A stretch of 64,000 nucleotides of DNA from a virus. Its lineage: Duplodnaviria > Caudoviricetes. Each line of letters opens with the position of its first letter. Within the stretch, counting starts at the first letter, position 1. A program made the position numbers and the translations under genes. Shown piece by piece: positions 56,856-64,000 of this stretch. The stretch covers positions 17,174 to 81,173 of the IMG/VR virus record IMGVR_UViG_2894272399_000002. One strand, written 5' to 3'. Below the pieces are notes generated by a model. The model was not told the origin of the DNA. It saw nothing but the letters and a program-made list of their open reading frames with translations, and did no database searches.

Positions 56856-57626
56856 TTACTGAGCGGATAGAAACTTATGAATGAAGTACTGTTGTCCTTT
56901 ACCATTGACCTTTACCGTGGGTTTCAAAAAGGCACTGGCTGATCCTTCGTGTATTACTGTCTCCTTTACCCGGAACACTTTAAGATCAATTGCCCGCTGC
57001 GTTGGCCAGTACTGGATCTCGTACTTATTTTTCTTGGTGCTCCAACGTTTGCGTCTTTCCAGATAACCGCCTACCACCATCCATTCGTACAGCCGGTGTT
57101 CACCGATCACAAATCCGTTTTGAGCAATCAGCTTTGCCAAGTCCCTCATTAAGATGTCGGTTTCGCTTGTGGAAACGGCATCGGCGAAGGCAACTTTTGG
57201 TTTGTCGGCTTCAATTTGCTTGGTGGCTTCGTTTAATTGGAGAATTGCTTTTTCCTTTTCAGTTTCGGCTTCCAGTGCCATTTGCAAAATTTCCCTCCGA
57301 GACAGCTCTTTCGATGTGACAATTTCTTTCAATCGCTTTTCGCAAGCGATAAAGTACTGGCGGGCCTGTTTTCCTTTTTCTGAACGTTGGATCATCGCGA
57401 TTTCCTTGGCACAATCCAGTGTCAGTATAAAGTCATGCTTCATAACCCCTTGACTTACAGTCGTCTCTTTTTTGAGATAGTCAACATCCTTTTGGAATCC
57501 GTAATCAAACATTCGGTGAATCCAGTCAATGAAATTCGATTTGGGACCAAGAAAACTGTAAAGTTCCCGACCGTCTACAACTTGATTCCCTTTGGGAGTG
57601 CAACTCACTTTGATCAGCTCGTCCAT
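56856..57626 (-). CDS. Phage antirepressor (AntA/AntB plus KilAC domain)
   Basis: VDGRELY.FL, AKEIAM, ARQYFI.CE, PKVAFADAV and GKGQQYF. Confidence 0.92.
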   Translation of the reverse strand: MDELIKVSCTPKGNQVVDGRELYSFLGPKSNFIDWIHRMFDYGFQKDVDYLKKETTVSQGVMKHDFILTLDCAKEIAMIQRSEKGKQARQYFIACEKRLKEIVTSKELSRREILQMALEAETEKEKAILQLNEATKQIEADKPKVAFADAVSTSETDILMRDLAKLIAQNGFVIGEHRLYEWMVVGGYLERRKRWSTKKNKYEIQYWPTQRAIDLKVFRVKETVIHEGSASAFLKPTVKVNGKGQQYFIHKFLSAQ

Positions 57627-57631
57627 TGTTC

Positions 57632-57850
57632 TTAAACAAGTTGAAGTTTGGTTTTTGTCAATTCAAGTACTTTGGCCTGAGCCTTCAAAATATCCATCAT
57701 CGTCGTTGCTCGGACGTACTTTTTGCCGTTAACCGCTCGTGCATAGGTCATACGCGACACACCGCTCATTGTAACCGCTTCTGTAACTTTTCCAAGACTC
57801 TTCAACTCCTGGTGCCGCTGACGTATATTTTCCTTAAAATCGATGTCCAT
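57632..57850 (-). CDS. Cro-like HTH protein
   Basis: EAVTMSGVSRMTYARAVNG HTH; divergent from the repressor. Confidence 0.65.
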   Translation of the reverse strand: MDIDFKENIRQRHQELKSLGKVTEAVTMSGVSRMTYARAVNGKKYVRATTMMDILKAQAKVLELTKTKLQLV

Positions 57851-57898
57851 TTGGCTACCTTTGTTAGTATAATTTGTGTATAATTGAATTAACATGTA

Positions 57899-58092
57899 CA
57901 AAGATATGCGAGATTTCTCGCATTTGCAAATAAATATGCAAGAAAAATCGCAAATAAAACGAAATATCTTGCAATTCCTTGAATATAAAGGGATTGGAAA
58001 ATCAGAGTTTTATCGACAAACAGGGATAACACGCAGTGTGCTAGACCAAAACAACGGAATGAGCGAAGATAATCTTGCGAGATTTCTTGTAA
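57899..58092. promoter_or_regulatory. Early leftward promoter and repressor operators
   Basis: Minus strand TTTG (57927-30)-N20-TATCTTTG (57899-906). Palindrome ATGCGAGA-TT-TCTCGCAT at 57906-57923, with variants at 57936, 57957 and 58075. Confidence 0.8.
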
Positions 58093-58409
58093 AGTTCCCC
58101 GAGGTGAGAGCTGAGTGGCTTATACTTGGAGAAGGGGAAATGTTGAAAGCAGAAAATAATTCAGAAAATGCTGCAACCACAATAGAAAAAAAATCGAACC
58201 AAGTCGAGGTATTAAAAACCGAGTTGCTCGCCGCGAATGACTCAATCAAATTGATGCAGCGCCAGATAGTTACATACTTAGATATTATAGATGATCTTAA
58301 AAAAGAGAATAAGGAGCAGCAGGACAAATTCTCTCAATTACAGGAAACCGCATCCAAGTTGGCCGAGGAAATACAAAAGTCACAAAAGCTCAAAATGCTT
58401 AAATTATAG
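57936..58409 (+). CDS. CI-like repressor (XRE HTH plus coiled coil, no S24 protease domain)
   Basis: IK..ILQFLE.KGI.KSEFYRQTGI...EWLILGEGEM; start placed at ATG 57936. Confidence 0.8.
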   Translation: MQEKSQIKRNILQFLEYKGIGKSEFYRQTGITRSVLDQNNGMSEDNLARFLVKFPEVRAEWLILGEGEMLKAENNSENAATTIEKKSNQVEVLKTELLAANDSIKLMQRQIVTYLDIIDDLKKENKEQQDKFSQLQETASKLAEEIQKSQKLKMLKL

Positions 58410-58612
58410 TGGATGATTTATCAGTTAGATATCATGAGTCCAACGAAAGGATAAAACTCATGGAACGGCAAATTTCTGGGTATCTTGATGAGATTGAAAG
58501 ACTCAGAGCAAAGGTTGAGATTGAAGAAAAAGCCTATGCCGCATTAAATGGATTATTCACGAAACTCATAGATCAAAAGATGGCAAAAGGGCAGTTTGGC
58601 TCACTTTCATAA
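58409..58612 (+). CDS. Stand-alone copy of the repressor coiled-coil domain
   Basis: NERIKLMERQISGYLDEIERL versus repressor NDSIKLMQRQIVTYLDIIDDL. Confidence 0.7.
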   Translation: MDDLSVRYHESNERIKLMERQISGYLDEIERLRAKVEIEEKAYAALNGLFTKLIDQKMAKGQFGSLS

Positions 58613-58655
58613 TTTAGAATTCAATAAATAGCTCACAATAAACCCTAATCTATCA

Positions 58656-58802
58656 ATGGAAACAAATGAAACTATTAAACAGATGCAACGCCAGATCTCA
58701 TGTCACATGGATATTATTGAGCGACTGAAGCGCGAGAACCAGGAGCTCCGAAAGAGTAACACCAATCTAAAAAATACTCCGATGGTTTTTTCTGAAATGT
58801 AG
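58656..58802 (+). CDS. 48-aa second stand-alone copy of the repressor coiled coil
   Basis: Manual translation METNETIKQMQRQISCHMDIIERLKRENQELRKSNTNLKNTPMVFSEM. Confidence 0.65.
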   Translation: METNETIKQMQRQISCHMDIIERLKRENQELRKSNTNLKNTPMVFSEM

Positions 58803-59010
58803 TTTGCCCTTCTGGAATTTAGTTTGGTTGCTGTGAAACGGAAATAGAACTATATCGACTTAGATCGTAATAAAACATCAAAAACAAAATAACAATTGAA
58901 TAACCCACTAGTTTAAAATCAGTTACATTATACACCGATAAGAATAATTATACTTGAAATTGTACCATTTGACATTTTCATATTTACCCCCTCTCAATAC
59001 TTATACGCGC

Positions 59011-59550
59011 ATGAAGAATTTAATCTACTTAGCAATCACTCTAACCATATTAGGTGCCGGAGGTTACTATTACTGGTCGACACAAAAGGTAAAAAAATAC
59101 GAGCAAGGTGCTCAGGAGTCTGTACAAACCATGTTACTGACAGCTCAGTTAGGGGAATCGGTTATCGATCTGTACTCGACTGTTTGGAGAAACGCTATTT
59201 ATAAAGAGGGTGGATATTTTAATAGGGAAAGCGAGTACTATTTAAAAGATTTCAATGAAGCATTGTCGGCTGCCCAGGCAAATTCTGTCAAGAGTACTGA
59301 CATGATACTGAAAAGCACAATGCACATTGACTCGTTGGTAAAATCTCTAAATGACCCTCCGGCAAAATACCAAGCTCTCCACGTCAAACTGATTGATTTA
59401 TATGGGATCTATAATGAGTATGTTTCATTAGCTATCGCCCCAAAAGGTTCGTTAACCAGCTTTAATGATAAGACCAACGAACTTTCAAGTGCCTTACTGA
59501 AGGTTAGAAAGGAAATACTGGTCCAGATGCCAGATCAAAAAATTGAGTAA
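59011..59550 (+). CDS. N-terminally membrane-anchored helical protein (superinfection-exclusion position)
   Basis: Single TM then a helical domain; downstream of the repressor. Confidence 0.65.
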   Translation: MKNLIYLAITLTILGAGGYYYWSTQKVKKYEQGAQESVQTMLLTAQLGESVIDLYSTVWRNAIYKEGGYFNRESEYYLKDFNEALSAAQANSVKSTDMILKSTMHIDSLVKSLNDPPAKYQALHVKLIDLYGIYNEYVSLAIAPKGSLTSFNDKTNELSSALLKVRKEILVQMPDQKIE

Positions 59551-59554
59551 TCAC

Positions 59555-60603
59555 TCCTTAAACCGATCCGTAACAGTATTGAAATCCCTGAGAACAAATA
59601 GATTTCTAAATAAAAATATTTCCTAAAATGCCAGAACCCTCTCCCAGTCTATCAGCAATAAAAGATGCCCTAAGCAAAATAAATATCGACGACTTGCAGA
59701 TTCAATATGATAAAGTGACCAAAGGACAGCTTACGAAGACCAGGTTCAGCAATTTGAATCATTTTAAACAGGCCATTGATAGCATTGAGTCCTTGGGGTT
59801 AAGATTTCATTTTATCAATCTATTAAAAGAGTCAGAAGTATATCTAACTAATTATGATAGTTTCTCGGTGGAGGGATTATCTGGACAAGGAATAATAGAT
59901 TCATCGTACATGCTACATAGCCAGATAGCTTCAATATTAGATTTCTTGAACCAAACGATAAAAGCCGACCCACCCGAAGCCATTCGAATCAAGATCCCAG
60001 AATCGGACGATTTCCAAGAGATGGCTGTGCATTTAAATGATTTCAAAAAAGCTATTTCGATACCGATTCTTCACCCGGATGTTAACGGGCAAGTGAAAAT
60101 TTTAAGAGGAGAACCGGGCTCGGTTTTGCTAGTCGTTTGGCTTGGAACATTAAAAGCCTGTAAAATGGTCGCCGAGCTATGTTGGTCAACAATGGTGATC
60201 ATTCAAAAAAAGGAGGAGATAGAACGATACAAGGAGCACACCCGCACACTAGAACTTGAAAATGATTACAAAGAGGCAATTTTAAGAGCCCAACAAAAGC
60301 AATTAGATAAGTTCACTGAAATAGAAATTACAGGGATTTTGGATAGAGAAGATATCACTCCTAATCCTGAATATATTCAAACCTTGAAGATGTCTATTAA
60401 TACACTCGACCATCTATTCAGAAAAGGAGCAGAAATTCAACCAGCATTAGGTGCACCGCAAGATGTGATCAAGCAATTCCCCAAGATGGAAAAGATGTAT
60501 CAAATCGAATCGAAGGTCAAGCAAATAGCTGAAATAGCAACCCCGGAGGCGGAAGTTAAAAAAACGAGAAAAAAGAAAGGAGTTAATCCTTAAACCGATC
60601 CGT
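59555..60603. repeat. 17-bp direct repeat flanking one gene
   Basis: TCCTTAAACCGATCCGT at 59555-59571 and 60587-60603. Confidence 0.8.
59628..60593 (+). CDS. Uncharacterised moron protein; paralogue 1
   Basis: IRIK.PE..DF, RGEPGSV and AELCW shared with the next gene. Confidence 0.75.
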   Translation: MPEPSPSLSAIKDALSKINIDDLQIQYDKVTKGQLTKTRFSNLNHFKQAIDSIESLGLRFHFINLLKESEVYLTNYDSFSVEGLSGQGIIDSSYMLHSQIASILDFLNQTIKADPPEAIRIKIPESDDFQEMAVHLNDFKKAISIPILHPDVNGQVKILRGEPGSVLLVVWLGTLKACKMVAELCWSTMVIIQKKEEIERYKEHTRTLELENDYKEAILRAQQKQLDKFTEIEITGILDREDITPNPEYIQTLKMSINTLDHLFRKGAEIQPALGAPQDVIKQFPKMEKMYQIESKVKQIAEIATPEAEVKKTRKKKGVNP

Positions 60604-60772
60604 CCAGGGAGGCTGAACTATCCAAAGTCCGACAAGAGCCGCGCAGCAAATGATAAGTATACATTGAGCAGGAGCGCTCAGCTTAAAAAATAAGGATGTA
60701 AGATCTTCCATAGTGTGAGAAAATTGATCTCAAAGTTAATAGGATTTTAGAATATATGTATTTCCTGGTATT

Positions 60773-61690
60773 ATGAACATAATTGAGTTCAAGAATGAAC
60801 TAAGCCGAATTAACTTCGGCCCACATAACTTCGCAATTGATAGGTACTTCGACCCGAAAAAATCAACCAATATGGTGAAGGTGTCGGGATTTAAAAATTT
60901 CCGGTGGTCATTGGACGAGTTAGAAAGAACTGGAGCATTCAACTCTATAATCAACGCGCTCAAAGGGACCACGTTGCTAACAATTGAAGACGACACCTTC
61001 TCCCTCCCAGAGGAGGTCTATTCAGTGAGTGTCCCGTACTTAAATGACCTAAATAATTCCTACAAAGCATTTGTCGAGTTTCTGGAGCACAATTTCCCTG
61101 AACCAGAGGGTGAATCAATTAGAATTAAGCTTCCAGAAACAGAAGATTTCGACGAATTAGAGAAAACCGCCAATCTTTTAAAACACGCACTTTCAACTCC
61201 GTTAAAACTGCCTGAGATTAACGGATCATTAAGGATAATCAGAGGTGAACCCGGATCGGTCTGGCTGTTGGTAGGGATAGGCGGTTTGATAGCTATGAAA
61301 TTGATTGCTGAATTGTGCTGGGCTGCCGCAGTTGTTAGAAAAAAGAAACTAGAAGGGGACTTTCTTGCACAGCAAGTCAGGGAACTTGAAATGAATGTCG
61401 ATCAAAAGGAAGTCGTCTTCGAGGCGCAGAAGGTTTATATTAACAAACTTATCGAGTCTGAGGGGGAGGCGCTTCTAACGAAAATGGACCTCCCAGAAGG
61501 ACACATAAAGTCCATAACTCATGCAATAATTTGTTTAGAAGAAATTTTCAAAAAAGGTGGCGAGGTACATCCAAGTTTAACGACCTCTGAAAGTGTCGCA
61601 AATTTATTTCCATCTAATTCAAATTTCCACATTCTCGAGTCTCATATAAAGCAACTTGGAGACCGTACCAACTCCGAATCTAACATATAA
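60773..61690 (+). CDS. Uncharacterised moron protein; paralogue 2
   Basis: Shares the motifs listed for the previous gene. Confidence 0.75.
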   Translation: MNIIEFKNELSRINFGPHNFAIDRYFDPKKSTNMVKVSGFKNFRWSLDELERTGAFNSIINALKGTTLLTIEDDTFSLPEEVYSVSVPYLNDLNNSYKAFVEFLEHNFPEPEGESIRIKLPETEDFDELEKTANLLKHALSTPLKLPEINGSLRIIRGEPGSVWLLVGIGGLIAMKLIAELCWAAAVVRKKKLEGDFLAQQVRELEMNVDQKEVVFEAQKVYINKLIESEGEALLTKMDLPEGHIKSITHAIICLEEIFKKGGEVHPSLTTSESVANLFPSNSNFHILESHIKQLGDRTNSESNI

Positions 61691-61697
61691 TCCACAC

Positions 61698-62558
61698 ATG
61701 GCAGAAGAAGTACCAAAGGATCAACCTACTGAACCAAAGAAAAAAAGATTCCGCAGATCAACCACACCGAAGAAGAAGCCGGTAAAGACTGCGGATCTGC
61801 CCGATTCGATTGAAATTTTTGAAAGGTTTAACCAGGTAGTCGATTACTTATTGAAGGAGAAAATAATGAAGAGTAAATATTACTTCACAAATAAGTATGG
61901 CCTGGGTGCTACGATCTTCAGTTTAAAATCAAACAGTAAAACCGCGTCCTTAGTGCCGGCCGCGTTCCTGGCGCTTTTAGTGAAAGAATTCGGGGTTTCT
62001 GCTCATTGGCTTTTGACAGGTGAGGGCCCGATGACCTACAAAACAATAAAACCTGAAGATCAGGAGGAATATACTTTCCTGAATGAGGTCAAAGAATTTG
62101 ACTTAGATGCACTCATACCGCACCATGCGACGCTATGGATCAATAAACCTTTAAAGATCTATAAAAGGGAAGGCTCCAAAAATTATTTCCTTTACGATAG
62201 CGAGACCAAAAAGCTTTTTGAATTTGAGTCTGGGGAGTTCAACCCGTTGACAAGAGCAAATGAATACAAAAAAGTCTTGAAAGCGTTTCGGGAGAAATTT
62301 AAACCAATATTGGATTACAACTTTACCAGAGAAGTAACAGATTTCAATATCGATGAGTACAGGCAAGTAGCAAGTTGGATCAGGATAAAGTTTTTCACAA
62401 TATATAGCAAACCAGGTCTATCTACTTTCTTTCTGTTGGATCAGAAACAAAACAGACTGTTTGAGTTTATCGCTCTCAATCATTTCAAACTTGACGACGA
62501 GAAAGAGCAGCGCAAAGTTGTTAAAGAATTCCGCTTGATGAACTTCGATAATAATTGA
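61698..62558 (+). CDS. HTH regulator-like protein with a tandemly duplicated C-terminal domain
   Basis: FGVSAHWLLTGEGPM ends an XRE-type domain; two ~78-aa repeats follow. Confidence 0.65.
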   Translation: MAEEVPKDQPTEPKKKRFRRSTTPKKKPVKTADLPDSIEIFERFNQVVDYLLKEKIMKSKYYFTNKYGLGATIFSLKSNSKTASLVPAAFLALLVKEFGVSAHWLLTGEGPMTYKTIKPEDQEEYTFLNEVKEFDLDALIPHHATLWINKPLKIYKREGSKNYFLYDSETKKLFEFESGEFNPLTRANEYKKVLKAFREKFKPILDYNFTREVTDFNIDEYRQVASWIRIKFFTIYSKPGLSTFFLLDQKQNRLFEFIALNHFKLDDEKEQRKVVKEFRLMNFDNN

Positions 62559-62704
62559 ATTAGGACTGGATAACGGGCTCCCGAGTGGACTTTCAGTGTC
62601 TATTATTTTGAATTTTACTTTCGGAAAACAGTTTGTTAGCTAACTGATTGAACAAAATGACCCTAAGCATTTAAAAGTATTGGAAACCAAAAATCAATCA
62701 AGAA

Positions 62705-64000
62705 ATGGTTGCTTTACTAATATTCCTTCTGGTAATCTCGATTCTCAACCTTATTTTGTCTGTCGCTGTTTTACGGGCTGTATCCATATTTTTTCGTTCA
62801 AGGCCTGCCGACACGCATTATATTCTGGCATCTGCCAAAAGGTCTAAGTACATTGAAGTTTTAGTTGATGGTTTAGAATATGGCGAAACTAAACGGATAG
62901 TTTACAATGCGCGGCCAAGAACAAGCGAGGATGACATATTCACATGGTATAATGATCTTAATAAAGATAAGCCCACAATCAAAGAATTATTGTTTGTGAC
63001 AGACAGAAAATTTGTTGCTGATCCAGAAAGCAAGTCGACTATTTCTGAGCGGCCAAATCTTTACATTCATGCAAAAAAATATTACGGCACAGAGGGGGTG
63101 GATTATCCTATGGGATATGAGTTAGGCCGATGTTGGGTATCCATTCCCAAGAGCCATAAATACGGAGGCTTGGAAAAACCTTTCAGCGTCTTTGGCTTGC
63201 AGCTGGAAGCGGAATCGGACCAGGATCATATCGTCTTTAAAGGGTTGGAAAAATTTACTTATGAATATTTTTGCGACTATCTAAAAAGCCACGGAGGAAT
63301 ATCGAAAAGCGCCTTGGTCTATATTCATGGATACAACACGAGTTTTGACGACGCCGCAAAACGAACAGCGCAAATGGTTTATGATTTAAATTTCGGCGGT
63401 ATTGGGATGTTCTATTCGTGGCCATCGCAAGAAAAGACAGTCGCCTATCCAGTCGACTCTGCAAATATCCCCTGGACGGAGATTCACTTAACAAATTTTC
63501 TACAACATTTCAGCAATATCGAAGCTATCGAGAATTTATACATTATTGCGCATAGTATGGGCACCCGACTAGTAGAAAACGCTTTGACGGCACGCAAACA
63601 GCGGGGTAACCCAAAACAAGTTATTAGGGAATTAATACTCGCCGCACCTGATATAGACGAAAGGATTTTTAAAGAGAAGATTGCTCCAATACTCCCAGGA
63701 GTTGCAGAGAGAACGACTGTCTACCGATCCGGCGACGACGTCGCGCTACTTGCCTCCCACAAGTTCAATGGTTTTGCCAGACTGGGCGATGTTCGTAATG
63801 GCATCAACACATATAAGCAGATTGATATGATCGATGCGACCGGGTTCAAAACCGACTTTCTTGGTCATAGCGACTATGCGTCTTCTCCTGAGTTATTATA
63901 CGACATTAACGGGGTTCTGGCAGGCAAGCCGATTTCAGAAAGACCGCGGCTATTAAAAGAGGAACATGATCCTGTCCCTTATTGGAGAATTTACAAATAG
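62705..64000 (+). CDS. Alpha/beta hydrolase (DUF900-like) with N-terminal TM
   Basis: FVTDR, YIHGYN, SWPS, AHSMG, LAAPDID and GH..Y. Confidence 0.88.
   Translation: MVALLIFLLVISILNLILSVAVLRAVSIFFRSRPADTHYILASAKRSKYIEVLVDGLEYGETKRIVYNARPRTSEDDIFTWYNDLNKDKPTIKELLFVTDRKFVADPESKSTISERPNLYIHAKKYYGTEGVDYPMGYELGRCWVSIPKSHKYGGLEKPFSVFGLQLEAESDQDHIVFKGLEKFTYEYFCDYLKSHGGISKSALVYIHGYNTSFDDAAKRTAQMVYDLNFGGIGMFYSWPSQEKTVAYPVDSANIPWTEIHLTNFLQHFSNIEAIENLYIIAHSMGTRLVENALTARKQRGNPKQVIRELILAAPDIDERIFKEKIAPILPGVAERTTVYRSGDDVALLASHKFNGFARLGDVRNGINTYKQIDMIDATGFKTDFLGHSDYASSPELLYDINGVLAGKPISERPRLLKEEHDPVPYWRIYK

Larger units (their letters stand above)
1..62558. mobile_element. Temperate siphovirus-like prophage of a Bacteroidota host; boundaries not visible
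   Basis: Contains tape measure, tail, capsid, terminase, portal, lysis, replication, RecT, antirepressor and cro/cI-like modules. No integrase or att site in the window; right end uncertain. Confidence 0.93.

Noticed and set aside
1-64000. CRISPR array, tRNA/rRNA, reverse transcriptase/DGR, transposase, integrase/att
   Set aside because: No regularly spaced repeats, cloverleaf, or RT, DDE or tyrosine-recombinase motifs were recognised by eye. A tRNAscan/Infernal run could still find small RNAs.
62705-64000. DUF900 hydrolase as part of a defence system or of the prophage
   Set aside because: No partner genes are visible and the prophage boundary cannot be placed; it may be a moron or a host gene.

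Overview
Nearly the whole window is a temperate siphovirus-type prophage of a Bacteroidota host. The host call is inferred from TAnnTTTG/TTTG promoters, the absence of Shine-Dalgarno sites and Q-rule signal peptides; a Cytophagales-like host is a guess. No integrase or att site is visible and the tape-measure gene runs off the left edge. Layout: a leftward capsid/neck/tail operon (<1-8.9 kb); a symmetric divergent promoter; and a rightward late operon holding seven signal-peptide-bearing fibre/tailspike/glycan-enzyme proteins, holin-endolysin-patatin, terminase, portal, a mini-kinase and a MuF head protein fused to a RelA/SpoT-type toxin, with a convergent immunity-like gene. Further right are small accessory genes, a DUF4942-like methyltransferase, an SOS-boxed umuDC/SRAP/Fpg island, replication and recombination genes, an antirepressor/cro/cI switch and moron-like genes. 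Most notable: (1) virion-appendage-like proteins that all appear to be Sec-exported; (2) an ACACAC motif at the starts of most non-coupled late genes; (3) two stand-alone copies of the repressor coiled coil; (4) the MuF toxin with its candidate immunity gene on the opposite strand. All family calls come from motif recognition by eye; no searches were run.
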